The notes under the pieces were generated by a model. That model ran no database searches and was not told the origin of the DNA. It worked only from the letters and a program-made list of their open reading frames with translations. The position numbers were made by a program, and so were the translations under genes. A stretch of 64,000 nucleotides of DNA, taken from an uncultured bacterium (GTDB lineage: Bacteria > Oederibacteriota > JAAXVQ01 > JAUVAV01). Of this stretch, positions 40,486 through 52,070 are shown piece after piece (within the stretch, counting starts at the first letter, position 1; each line of letters opens with the position of its first letter). Location of the stretch: NCBI GenBank assembly GCA_963710755.1, contig CAVQBK010000001.1, positions 160,001-224,000 on the forward strand, given 5' to 3'.

Positions 40486-41688
40486 ATGAAATATATACTT
40501 GTTGTAGGCGATGGTATGGCGGATCACCCTCATCCTGATCTGAATCAGCAAACCCCCTTGCAGGCGGCCCGCATTCCCCATATGAATTATCTGGCACAAA
40601 AGGGCTTAACCGGTATGACGCAAACGCTCTTAGAAGGGTTTCCTCTGGGCTCGGATGTGGCCAATCTTTCGGTATTGGGCTATGATCCTCAGACCTATTT
40701 TACCGGCCGGGCACCGCTGGAAGCCGCCAATATTGGTGTGGATCTGGGGCCTAAAGACATCGCTTTTCGCTGCAATTTAGTTACCGTCAAAAATCAAAAG
40801 ATGGTCGATTATTCGGCAGGCCATATCAGTACAGAAGAGGCCAAACCTCTGATCAAGATGCTCAATCAAAAGTTGGGGTCAGACAAACTGAAATTTTATT
40901 TGGGCACCAGCTATCGACATCTCCTGGTATGGAAAAACGGTCCACTCAAAGCCAAATGCACGCCACCCCATGATATCTCCGGACAGTCGATAGAATCTTT
41001 CTGGCCTAAAGGCGGCGGTCATGCGGAAATCCGGCAATTGATGGAAGATTCGCAGCTGTTATTGATGGGCCATGAAGTGAATCGCGATCGCCGGGCCGAA
41101 GGCAAGCCGGCTGCCTCCATGATTTGGCTTTGGGGACAAGGGACCAAGCCGACCATGCCCACCTTAACGGAAAAATATCAAATCACGGGCAGTGTCATAT
41201 CGGCCGTGGATTTGGTAAAAGGCTTGGGTCGTTATGCCGGACTATCAGTCATAAAAGTTCCCGGTGCCACCGGTTATTTGGATACCAATTACAAGGGCAA
41301 GGCCGAAGCGGCTTTGAAAGCTTTGAAAGATCAGGATTTCGTATTTGTTCATGTCGAAGCGCCTGATGAATGCGGTCATAATGGTGATGTCAAGGGCAAG
41401 ATTCAAGCCATTGAAGATTTGGATGCCAAAGTCATCGGACCCATCTTGGAAGGCCTGCAAGGACAAGAGTTCCGGTTATTACTCCTGCCTGATCATCCCA
41501 CGCCGCTGGATGTATGCACCCATACCAATGAACCCGTACCTTTTATTCTATACCATTCCGCCAACGAACGTGAATCCGGTGTCGATCATTATAATGAAGT
41601 TTCGGCCAAGAAAACCAGTTTGGTCATCGAGCACGCCTGGCAATTAATGGATTTGTTAATTAAGGGGAAAGACCCGGACCGGAATTAG
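40486..41688 (+). CDS. apgM: ApgM-family cofactor-independent phosphoglycerate mutase (proposed homoserine kinase subfamily)
   Basis: GDGMAD, GSDVAN, GRAPLEAA, PPHDI, HVEAPDECGH, PDHPTP...H. Confidence 0.9.
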   Translation: MKYILVVGDGMADHPHPDLNQQTPLQAARIPHMNYLAQKGLTGMTQTLLEGFPLGSDVANLSVLGYDPQTYFTGRAPLEAANIGVDLGPKDIAFRCNLVTVKNQKMVDYSAGHISTEEAKPLIKMLNQKLGSDKLKFYLGTSYRHLLVWKNGPLKAKCTPPHDISGQSIESFWPKGGGHAEIRQLMEDSQLLLMGHEVNRDRRAEGKPAASMIWLWGQGTKPTMPTLTEKYQITGSVISAVDLVKGLGRYAGLSVIKVPGATGYLDTNYKGKAEAALKALKDQDFVFVHVEAPDECGHNGDVKGKIQAIEDLDAKVIGPILEGLQGQEFRLLLLPDHPTPLDVCTHTNEPVPFILYHSANERESGVDHYNEVSAKKTSLVIEHAWQLMDLLIKGKDPDRN

Positions 41689-41711
41689 GCTGAAAAGACG
41701 GAGGAACACTG

Positions 41712-42938
41712 TTGGGAAAGCTTGTGGTTATGAAATTTGGCGGCGCTACCTTGGCCACTGCTGATCTAATGAAAGGCGTAGCCAAGCGTATTGGGGCCAC
41801 CAAAAATGAAGGACATCAGATTGTGGTGGTATTGTCAGCCCCCGGAGATATGACCGATGATCTGATCGATAAAGCCAAAGCTATTACGGCGTCGCCGGAT
41901 GAACGCGAAATGGACATGCTCCTGGCCACGGGAGAGCAGCAATCCATTGCGCTCATGGCCATTGCGCTAAAAGCCTTGGGATATGACGCCATCTCTTTTA
42001 CCGGCCCCCAGGTGGGTATTGTGACGGACGAAGCCTACGGCAAGGCGCGCATTGTAAAAATGGGCGGCGATAAAATAAAAAAAGCGCTCAATCTGGATAA
42101 AGTAGTTATTGTGGCCGGTTTCCAAGGCGAAACCGAAGATGAAGAAATTACAACCCTGGGAAGGGGTGGATCGGATCTAACTGCCGTGGCTTTGGCCGCT
42201 GCCCTTAATTCCGAGGTGTGCGAATTTTATAAAGATGTAGACGGTGTCTTTACGGCTGACCCCCGGATCGTCAAAGATGCGGTTAAACTGGGCCACATTT
42301 CTTATGATGAAATGCTGGAGATGGCCAGCTCGGGGGCGCAAGTTTTGTATAACCGCTCCGTGGAGTTTGCCAAAAAAAATAAAATCACCCTGCATGTGCG
42401 TTCCAGTGTCAAAATGGATCCTGGGACACTGATTACCGAGGAGGTTAAAACTATGGAAGGCTATGTCGTGTCCGGGGTAACTCATACCAAGAAGGAAGCC
42501 AAAATTACCATTCTGGGTGTTCCTGACAAACCGGGCGTGGCCGCTCAAATTTTCAGCCGTATTGCGGAAGAAGCCATTAATATTGACGATATCGTGCAAA
42601 ATATTTCGGAAGAAGGCACCACCAACATTTCCTTCACCATTGGTTTCGGAGAACTGAATAAAGCCAAAACAGTCGTGAGCGCTTTGATAGAGGAGATCGG
42701 TGCCAAATTATCCATTGACGAGCATGTTGGGAAAGTCAGCGTGGTCGGGGTGGGGATGAAAAGCCACACCGGTGTGGCCCGCGATATGTTCCGGGCCTTA
42801 GCTGACAAGAAAATCAACATCCAGATGATCTCCACGTCAGAAATAAAAATTTCCTGCATTTTGGCCGAGCAGGATGTGGAAGAGGCCGTTCGGGCCATCC
42901 ATGATAAATTTAAACTGAGTATAAGGAATGAACCATGA
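41712..42938 (+). CDS. lysC: Aspartate kinase (alpha/beta type)
   Basis: KFGG, TLGRGGSD, DVDGVFTADP, MISTSEIKIS; two ACT domains. Confidence 0.96.
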   Translation: MGKLVVMKFGGATLATADLMKGVAKRIGATKNEGHQIVVVLSAPGDMTDDLIDKAKAITASPDEREMDMLLATGEQQSIALMAIALKALGYDAISFTGPQVGIVTDEAYGKARIVKMGGDKIKKALNLDKVVIVAGFQGETEDEEITTLGRGGSDLTAVALAAALNSEVCEFYKDVDGVFTADPRIVKDAVKLGHISYDEMLEMASSGAQVLYNRSVEFAKKNKITLHVRSSVKMDPGTLITEEVKTMEGYVVSGVTHTKKEAKITILGVPDKPGVAAQIFSRIAEEAINIDDIVQNISEEGTTNISFTIGFGELNKAKTVVSALIEEIGAKLSIDEHVGKVSVVGVGMKSHTGVARDMFRALADKKINIQMISTSEIKISCILAEQDVEEAVRAIHDKFKLSIRNEP

Positions 42939-43087
42939 GTAAAAAAGAGATGACCCTGTCATCATCAACACCACTGAAATTTTCGGAAGACCGGCTTTTT
43001 GATCGGAAATGGCATTTGAAATTATTGGCCGTCATCTATGGCTTTTTATTTTTAGTGTATTTGGGATTGACCTTGTTTTTGAAATAA
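42935..43087 (+). CDS. 50-aa protein with a single C-terminal TM (not in the ORF track)
   Basis: ATGA overlap with the lysC stop, AAGGA upstream; MSKKEMTLSSSTPLKFSEDRLFDRKWHLKLLAVIYGFLFLVYLGLTLFLK. Confidence 0.55.
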   Translation: MSKKEMTLSSSTPLKFSEDRLFDRKWHLKLLAVIYGFLFLVYLGLTLFLK

Positions 43088-43214
43088 AAAACGGACGACA
43101 AAAATTTGGTGCAGGCTTATTTCGGGAAACCCGATAAGGGTGTTTTTGAAAAAGGGACCTGGTTTATCACATCTCAGAAGACGAAGCCGGACCTTCCGGC
43201 AAGGAGCAGGGAAG

Positions 43215-43532
43215 ATGATTGACATCAATGATCATAATTTTGAGAGTCGGGTTCTTAGAGCGACCCTCCCCGTGGTGGTCGATTTTTGGGCTGATTGGTG
43301 TGGACCCTGCCGTATGCTCGCACCCGTGGTGGAAGCTGCTGAAAAGGAATTTGCCGGCAAGGTGAAATTTGTAAAATTGGATGTGGATTCCAATCCCAAT
43401 ACAGCCGGCCGCTTTGCCATTCGCAGTATACCATCACTATTGATATTTAATCAGGGCAAGGTGGCGGATCAGATCGTGGGCGTCACGACACTGGATAAAC
43501 TTAAAAAAATCATCGAATCCACATTGAGGTAA
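43215..43532 (+). CDS. trxA: Thioredoxin
   Basis: VDFWADWCGPC, IRSIP; AAGGAG RBS. Confidence 0.96.
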   Translation: MIDINDHNFESRVLRATLPVVVDFWADWCGPCRMLAPVVEAAEKEFAGKVKFVKLDVDSNPNTAGRFAIRSIPSLLIFNQGKVADQIVGVTTLDKLKKIIESTLR

Positions 43533-43538
43533 ACAGGT

Positions 43539-44471
43539 ATGGACGAAGAATTGGACATCGCTATTATAGGGGGCGGCCCGGCAGGCCTGACCGCCGGATT
43601 ATATGCTATCCGAACAGGCCGGAAAGTTAAATTATATGAACAACTTTCACCGGGTGGACAAGCGGCCACTACATGGCAGGTGGATAATTATCCTGGATTG
43701 CCTCATATTAACGGCGCCGAGTTGATGATGAAAATGGAAGCGCAGGCGAAGGAATTGGGACTGGCGGTGGAGTTAAAACAAATCAACAGCATTGAAGCCG
43801 GCCCTCCCCACCGTCTACACATGCAAGACGGTGTTGTCAGGTCAAAAACGGTTATTGTGGCCACTGGCGCCAAACCAAAATTGTTGGATATCCCCGGAGA
43901 AAAGGAATACCGAGGCCGGGGTGTGTCTTATTGTGCTACCTGCGATGGGGCTTTTTTTAGAAATGTGCCAGTGTTGGTTGTGGGAGGTGGCAACACAGCT
44001 TTGGAAGAAGCGGATTTTTTAACACGATTTGCATCCAAGGTGTACTTGGTCCATCGTCGTGACCAGTTCCGAGCCGATCAAATTATCCAGGACCATGTCC
44101 TTAAAAATCCGAAATTGGAGATCATGACGCCGTATGTTCTTGAGGAAATCAATGGCAATGCGCAAGGGGTGAAGTTGGTCAATTTAAGTTACCGTGGCAC
44201 CAGGGAGTGTAAGCAATTGGAAGTTCAGGGCGTTTTTATTTTTGTGGGCTTAACTCCGCAGACCGATCCCTTTAAGACTGCGCTTGAGTGCAACGACGAC
44301 GGGTACATTAAAACCAGCCATGATCTGGCCACTTCTGTTCCCGGTGTATTTGCGGCCGGCGATTGCCGTGACAACACCTTAAAACAAATTGTAGTGGCCG
44401 CCGGCGAGGGCGCCACGGCCGCCATGATGGCAGATCGTTATATTCAAATCGATCAAGCCCTGAAAGGGTGA
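43539..44471 (+). CDS. trxB: Thioredoxin reductase
   Basis: GGGPAG, GVSYCATCDG, GGGNTA, HRRDQFRA, FAAGD. Confidence 0.96.
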   Translation: MDEELDIAIIGGGPAGLTAGLYAIRTGRKVKLYEQLSPGGQAATTWQVDNYPGLPHINGAELMMKMEAQAKELGLAVELKQINSIEAGPPHRLHMQDGVVRSKTVIVATGAKPKLLDIPGEKEYRGRGVSYCATCDGAFFRNVPVLVVGGGNTALEEADFLTRFASKVYLVHRRDQFRADQIIQDHVLKNPKLEIMTPYVLEEINGNAQGVKLVNLSYRGTRECKQLEVQGVFIFVGLTPQTDPFKTALECNDDGYIKTSHDLATSVPGVFAAGDCRDNTLKQIVVAAGEGATAAMMADRYIQIDQALKG

Positions 44472-44623
44472 GACTGGAGATTGACGGCCAGGGTGTCTTC
44501 CGGCTTGGTCGATTAGACGACGGTTACATTTTTGATAAATCCTGTTAGTCCGATGAACTTGGTGAACAGTTTTATCTAATTGGTTTCTGTTGGCGAAAGT
44601 TGTTTTTTTATATAGGCCTGTGC

Positions 44624-44649
44624 GTAGGGGGAGCATGCCGTGACCCTGC
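44624..44649 (+). repeat. Degenerate GTAG-type REP
   Basis: GTAGGGGGAGCATGCCGTGACCCTGC. Confidence 0.4.
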
Positions 44650-44791
44650 AAAAAATCCTGCCTGGATAATACCGGAGCCATCTCTTTCTTTACTTACCAC
44701 CCTGCGATATGCTATCATCCTTCCTTGGTAAAATAGGCAAAAACCTATTTTATAAAACAGATGGCCGTCATTGCAGTTTTAGGAGTAGACC

Positions 44792-47431
<2,640 letters not shown>

Positions 47432-47552
47432 ACCGGCAGAGCCGGAAATAAATACTGTTTCTCAAGCATACTCTACGGGCACCAACAGCCGTAAAGGGTG
47501 CAAAGTTTAATATATAAATAATGTTTGTCCTTCTTTTTGATCTTCTTCAATT

Positions 47553-47581
47553 GTAGGGTCCTCAAAATTTCGAGACCATAC
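47553..47581 (+). repeat. Degenerate GTAG-type REP
   Basis: GTAGGGTCCTC-AAAATTTC-GAGACCATAC. Confidence 0.45.
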
Positions 47582-47663
47582 CCACACATGGGGCAGAGGT
47601 TAAGACTATTGTAAGACAGGAATGGAGCCGATAGCGTCAGGCTGCATTTCATTACATAAAAAC

Positions 47664-47692
47664 TTGACATTATAAAAAGCTTTTGATACTAT
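47664..47692 (+). promoter_or_regulatory. Sigma70 promoter for the tRNA/rpsP cluster
   Basis: TTGACA-17 nt-TACTAT with an extended TG. Confidence 0.65.
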
Positions 47693-47737
47693 GCTGCTCT
47701 CTTGTGCCGTTATTACAGTGTTATGCAGGAAAACTGC

Positions 47738-47813
<76 letters not shown>

Positions 47814-47862
47814 TGTATGTCCATATCGTTATCAGGCGTCACGGCCCTGGTAATGATTACAG

Positions 47863-47938
47863 GCCGGTGTAGCTCAGTTGGTAGAGCAACGGTTTCGTAA
47901 ACCGTGGGTCACCAGTTCGAGTCTGGTCATCGGCTCCA
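47863..47938 (+). tRNA. tRNA-Thr (CGT)
   Basis: 76-nt cloverleaf; acceptor GCCGGTG/CATCGGC, ACGGT-TTCGTAA-ACCGT, encoded CCA. Confidence 0.96.
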
Positions 47939-47983
47939 CAATTTAAAGATTATAATGTCAAGAGATAAAGGGGAGTTAAGACT

Positions 47984-48253
47984 ATGAGTACGGTAATTAG
48001 ACTGCAACGTAAAGGGACAATTCACCGACCATTCTGGCGGGTGGTAGTGAACGATTCTCGCAATCCTTATAGCTGTGCAGAGCAATTGGGCACCTATGAC
48101 AATACAAAAAAACCGGTAAAGCTCAACTTGGATATTGAACGCGCGGCCCAATGGATTAACCAAGGCGCCTTGCCTTCCGATACAGTCCGGCAGCTGTTCA
48201 AAAAGAACGGTGTTTTTCAGAAAGCTCAAGAAATAAAGAATGTTGGCAAGTAA
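47984..48253 (+). CDS. rpsP: 30S ribosomal protein S16
   Basis: IRLQR.G...RPF.RVVV.DSR, LG.YD, W...GA.PSDTV; operon context. Confidence 0.93.
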   Translation: MSTVIRLQRKGTIHRPFWRVVVNDSRNPYSCAEQLGTYDNTKKPVKLNLDIERAAQWINQGALPSDTVRQLFKKNGVFQKAQEIKNVGK

Positions 48254-48255
48254 AC

Positions 48256-48486
48256 GTGAAACAGCTGGTTGAATTTATCGTAAAATCGCTGGTGGTTAAA
48301 ACGGAGGCCGTTGCTGTCCACGAAAAAAACACGGAAAACGGCTTAGTATTGGAGTTGTCGGTAGACAAGGAAGACCTGGGACGGGTTATTGGACGACAGG
48401 GCAAGACCATCAAAGCCATCCGCCAACTGGTGACCGCTTCGGCCACCAAATCCAAACAAAAAGTAGCTTTAGTTGTGCAGGAATGA
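48256..48486 (+). CDS. khpA: KH-domain RNA-binding protein
   Basis: DLGRVIGRQGKTIKAIR. Confidence 0.92.
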   Translation: MKQLVEFIVKSLVVKTEAVAVHEKNTENGLVLELSVDKEDLGRVIGRQGKTIKAIRQLVTASATKSKQKVALVVQE

Positions 48487-49025
48487 CCAAAAATCATCAC
48501 CATCCGGAACCATCGGATGAGCTTATAAGAATCGGCAAGTTGGGCAAAACCCATGGCCTTGACGGCGCACTCCGGCTTTATTCCCTAAGTGATGTGCCCA
48601 ACCGTTTCGAACGCTTGCAGGAAGTTTTATGGGTATCCCCCAAAGGTGATCGGAAACGCTTGAGGGTTGTGGATATACGGCCTGCAGAGCGTTTTTTTTT
48701 GGTGCGTTTTCAAGACTTTGATACCCCGGAAAAAGCCCGGAACTTAATCAATGGGCATTTGGCGGTTCCTAAAAGCGAGCGGGGGACCTTGCCTCCGGGA
48801 AGGTATTTTATCGACGATATCATTGGGATACAGGTAGTGGATGATCAAGGTCAGTTGCTGGGCAAGGTCACCGAGGTCTGGCAACCAGGACCACATGATA
48901 TATTCGAAATCCACGGTCCCTTGGGCGAACTGATGGTGCCGGTCATTGATGAGGCCATTCGCTCTATCGATGTGGCTCAGAAGCGCATGATCATCAAGAA
49001 GCACGGTCCTTATGACCATGCCTAA
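48483..49025 (+). CDS. rimM: Ribosome maturation factor RimM
   Basis: IGK....HGL.G, YF..D.IG, G.HD; context. Confidence 0.92.
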   Translation: MTKNHHHPEPSDELIRIGKLGKTHGLDGALRLYSLSDVPNRFERLQEVLWVSPKGDRKRLRVVDIRPAERFFLVRFQDFDTPEKARNLINGHLAVPKSERGTLPPGRYFIDDIIGIQVVDDQGQLLGKVTEVWQPGPHDIFEIHGPLGELMVPVIDEAIRSIDVAQKRMIIKKHGPYDHA

Positions 49026-49803
49026 ACCAAAACCGCTCCAAGTATCAGTGTTGACGCTGTTTCCCGAGCTGATTGAACCAAATTTAAAAGCTTCCATTCT
49101 TAAAAGGGCCCAACAAAAAGGCCTGGTGGAAGTGACGGTCGTTAACATAAGAGATTTTGCCCGAAACAAACACCTGACTGTAGATGACAAACCTTACGGT
49201 GGTGGTGCGGGTATGGTTATGCAAGTTGGTCCCGTGGCCAGAGCCCTCAAGGCCGCACGACGGCAACTGCCGGATGCCAAAGTATACTTACTGTCGCCGA
49301 CAGGCCGGCGTTTTGACCAACCGCAGGCAGGGACCATGGCACGAGCACGGTCCTTTATTTTAGTCTGTGGCCATTATGAGGGTCTGGATCAACGCATTCA
49401 TGACCACTTAGTGGACGGGGAACTTTCCATAGGCGACTATGTGCTTACCGGAGGGGAGCCGGCGGCCATTGTTATTATTGATGCCGTGGCCCGGCTAATA
49501 CCAACGGTGCTGGGAGATGAAACTTCCTCGCAACATGATTCTTTTATGGATGGTCTTCTGGATTACCCTCATTATACTCGTCCGGCCAGCTATGGACACT
49601 GGAGGGTACCGGAGGTGCTTTTAACCGGCCATCACCGTAAGGTTGCCTTGTGGCGCAGGACGGAACAATTAAAAAGAACATTGACCCAACGGCCCGATCT
49701 GTTGGAGAATGTGAAACTCAGCGAATCGGACAGGGATATCCTGGAAGGACTTCGAACCGAGATATCGCAAAGGAAGGGCAAAGGTAGGAGGACGCATGAA
49801 TAA
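49012..49803 (+). CDS. trmD: tRNA (guanine37-N1)-methyltransferase
   Basis: LTLFPE, VDDKPYGGGAGMV, CGHYEG.D, SIGDYVLTGGE, PHYTRP. Confidence 0.97.
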   Translation: MTMPKPKPLQVSVLTLFPELIEPNLKASILKRAQQKGLVEVTVVNIRDFARNKHLTVDDKPYGGGAGMVMQVGPVARALKAARRQLPDAKVYLLSPTGRRFDQPQAGTMARARSFILVCGHYEGLDQRIHDHLVDGELSIGDYVLTGGEPAAIVIIDAVARLIPTVLGDETSSQHDSFMDGLLDYPHYTRPASYGHWRVPEVLLTGHHRKVALWRRTEQLKRTLTQRPDLLENVKLSESDRDILEGLRTEISQRKGKGRRTHE

Positions 49804-50284
49804 ATCGCAATTGTTGAAAACCGTCGAGCAAGATCATTTTAGAAAAGATCGAATCCCACGCTTTGACGTTGGGGACGTGATTAAAGTCAGTCTCAAAATC
49901 AAAGAAGGTGAAAAGGAACGTCTGCAGGCTTTTGAAGGTGTTGTTATTGCCCGTTCAGGCGCAGCCATCAATGAAATGGTCAAAGTGCGTCGAATCGCCT
50001 CGGGCGTTGGCGTGGAAAGAACCTTATTGATCAATTCGCCGTTGATTCAAGCTATCAAAGTTGTAAAACGGAGTGATGTCAGCCGGGCCAAATTGTATTA
50101 CCTGCGTGGCAAGACTGGTAAACAGGCCAAATTAAAACAAATGGGCCGGGATAAATTATTACAAATTCAAGCTGCTGAAGCAAAAGCCATGGAAGAAGAA
50201 CAGGCTGAATCAGCGCGGCTGGCAGCCACGGAAGCTGCAGCCAAGGCGGCGGAAGAAAAAGCAGGTTCTGAGGCCAAAGCGTGA
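49796..50284 (+). CDS. rplS: 50S ribosomal protein L19 with Ala/Glu-rich tail
   Basis: IKEG.KERLQAFEG, GVGVER, RAKLYYLR. Confidence 0.95.
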   Translation: MNKSQLLKTVEQDHFRKDRIPRFDVGDVIKVSLKIKEGEKERLQAFEGVVIARSGAAINEMVKVRRIASGVGVERTLLINSPLIQAIKVVKRSDVSRAKLYYLRGKTGKQAKLKQMGRDKLLQIQAAEAKAMEEEQAESARLAATEAAAKAAEEKAGSEAKA

Positions 50285-50925
50285 ACCAGACGCCTTTTTC
50301 AGCGTCAGCCCCTCCCGCATGTTTGAAATACGAGTATCAGGCCATCCAGGCCGGGCACAAATTTATTGCCGGCCTGGATGAAGCCGGACGCGGACCTTTA
50401 GCCGGTCCGGTAGTGGCCGCCGCGGTCATACTGCCTGATGATCCATCCCCCCTCCTGGGCGTAAGAGACTCCAAACAATTAACAGAATCTAAAAGAAAAA
50501 AACTGTTTATGTTACTCCATGAACATGCCTTGGCTATCGGCATTGGCGTGGTGGATGCCCCGACCATTGATAAAATTAATATTTTACAAGCTACTTTTTT
50601 GGCCATGCAAAAGGCTGTGGCTGCCGTGGCCAAGCCTGTTGATTTTATTCTTGTGGACGGCAATCAACGTCCGCCCTGGATGACCCAAGGCGCAGCCATT
50701 GTCCGTGGGGATGCCCAGTCGCTTTCCATTGGTGCTGCCTCTATAATCGCCAAAGTAACCAGGGACAAAATCATGGAAGATTATGAGCATCATTATCCCG
50801 AGTGGGGATTTGCCCAACATAAAGGGTATGGTACTGCCCAACATTTGGAAGCCATCAGGGATTTTGGTATCTGTGATATTCACCGCAAGAGCTTCGCGCC
50901 TATTGCGCAGAAACGACCCGCCTGA
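50281..50925 (+). CDS. rnhB: Ribonuclease HII
   Basis: GLDEAGRGPLAGPV, DSK.L, VDG, AASIIAKV.RD, HKGYGT..H. Confidence 0.96.
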   Translation: MNQTPFSASAPPACLKYEYQAIQAGHKFIAGLDEAGRGPLAGPVVAAAVILPDDPSPLLGVRDSKQLTESKRKKLFMLLHEHALAIGIGVVDAPTIDKINILQATFLAMQKAVAAVAKPVDFILVDGNQRPPWMTQGAAIVRGDAQSLSIGAASIIAKVTRDKIMEDYEHHYPEWGFAQHKGYGTAQHLEAIRDFGICDIHRKSFAPIAQKRPA

Positions 50926-50926
50926 G

Positions 50927-51291
50927 TTGGAAAACCACAGAGCCCTTGGTCAATCCCAAGAGCTGGCGGCTGTCACTTTTTTAAAAAAAAAGGGTATCAA
51001 ATTCTATTTACCAATTATTATTCTCCTTTTGGTGAAATTGATATCATTGCCAGAAATAGAAAACACCTAACCTTCATTGAAGTCAAATATAGAAAAGACG
51101 ACAGTATAAGTCTGCCACAGGAAGCTGTTGACAAACGCAAACAAAAAAGGATTATTAAAAGTGCCCAACATTTTCTGACCAAATTTTCCTATAGTAACCT
51201 GGATATCAGTTTTGATGTTATTGGCATTACTCCGAATAAAGGCATTTATCATATTCCCAATGCTTTCCGGGCAGACGGATCTACAGTTTAA
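50927..51291 (+). pseudogene. yraN: YraN-family nuclease split by a -1 frameshift at T6-A9-G3 (recoded gene, pseudogene or sequencing error)
   Basis: Frame 0 gives MENHRALGQSQELAAVTFLKKK; the -1 frame gives GYQILFTNYYSPFGEIDIIA...FIEVKYR...AV...KQ..I...FDVI...HIPNAF; usual position after rnhB. Confidence 0.88.
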
Positions 51292-51414
51292 CTTTGATTT
51301 TTAATGATTAAATGAAGGGTTACGTAACTCCTTTTATTCAATAAACCCCATGTGGCAAGCAGTAGCTTGAACCACAATATAATGGACACTATATGAAGTT
51401 TTTTTAAAAAAGAC

Positions 51415-51444
51415 TTGCACTATATATTGAGGCTGTTCTATAAT
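51415..51444 (+). promoter_or_regulatory. Putative promoter for HU
   Basis: TTGCAC-18 nt-TATAAT. Confidence 0.5.
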
Positions 51445-51497
51445 CCCAATAAAATAAGGTCCAAATGGGGATCAAAAAATGAAGGGGGTCAAAATCA

Positions 51498-51788
51498 GTG
51501 CTCACAAAAAGTGAAATGCTAAACAAATTAGCTGAAGTCACGGGATTAAAGAAAAAAGAAGTTCAGTCGGTTTTAGATGCGCAAAACGACTTGCTTTACA
51601 AAATTCTTAAAAAAGATAAAAAATACAAACTTCAAGGACTCGGGATCTTCACTGTTAAAAAACGCGCTGCCCGTACGGCACGCAATCCCTTAACCGGTGA
51701 AGCGGTTAAAGTTCCTGCCAAAACGGTTGTGAAATTCCGGGTTGGAAAAGACTTAAAGGATAAAGTTTTGGGTCCAGCCAAGAAATAA
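51498..51788 (+). CDS. hup: HU/IHF-family DNA-binding protein
   Basis: TKSE, GLGIF, RAARTARNP.TGE..KVPAK..VKF. Confidence 0.93.
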   Translation: MLTKSEMLNKLAEVTGLKKKEVQSVLDAQNDLLYKILKKDKKYKLQGLGIFTVKKRAARTARNPLTGEAVKVPAKTVVKFRVGKDLKDKVLGPAKK

Positions 51789-51810
51789 ATAATCAATATT
51801 ATAAGTTTAG

Positions 51811-51843
51811 GGGGATGGGTTTGATGACTCATCCCCTTTTTTT
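51811..51843 (+). terminator. Rho-independent terminator after HU
   Basis: GGGGATGGGT-TTGATG-ACTCATCCCC followed by T7. Confidence 0.85.
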
Positions 51844-51849
51844 ATGAGA

Positions 51850-51915
51850 TTAATACGATTCCATTCAATCCCGGGATTGATCGGCAATAATAAAATAAAA
51901 TTCCAGTCGTATTAA
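51850..51915. repeat. 66-bp MITE-like element with 9-bp TIRs and an internal 16-bp palindrome
   Basis: TTAATACGA...TCGTATTAA; TCAATCCCGGGATTGA at 51865-51880. Confidence 0.65.
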
Positions 51916-52070
51916 ATTACCGTGTAGCCTCAACCAGTCATAATATCCTAATTAACGGGATTACCTTCGGCAACAATCAATGGGGTAATTTAATGCTTGA
52001 CTTATAACCACTCGGATATTATTCTTTTAAGCATAATATATGCCAATCAGGATAATAATAGGAGATCAAC

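Noticed and set aside
50783-51070. 95-aa ORF overlapping rnhB
   Set aside because: Only the frame-0 start of yraN plus out-of-frame sequence
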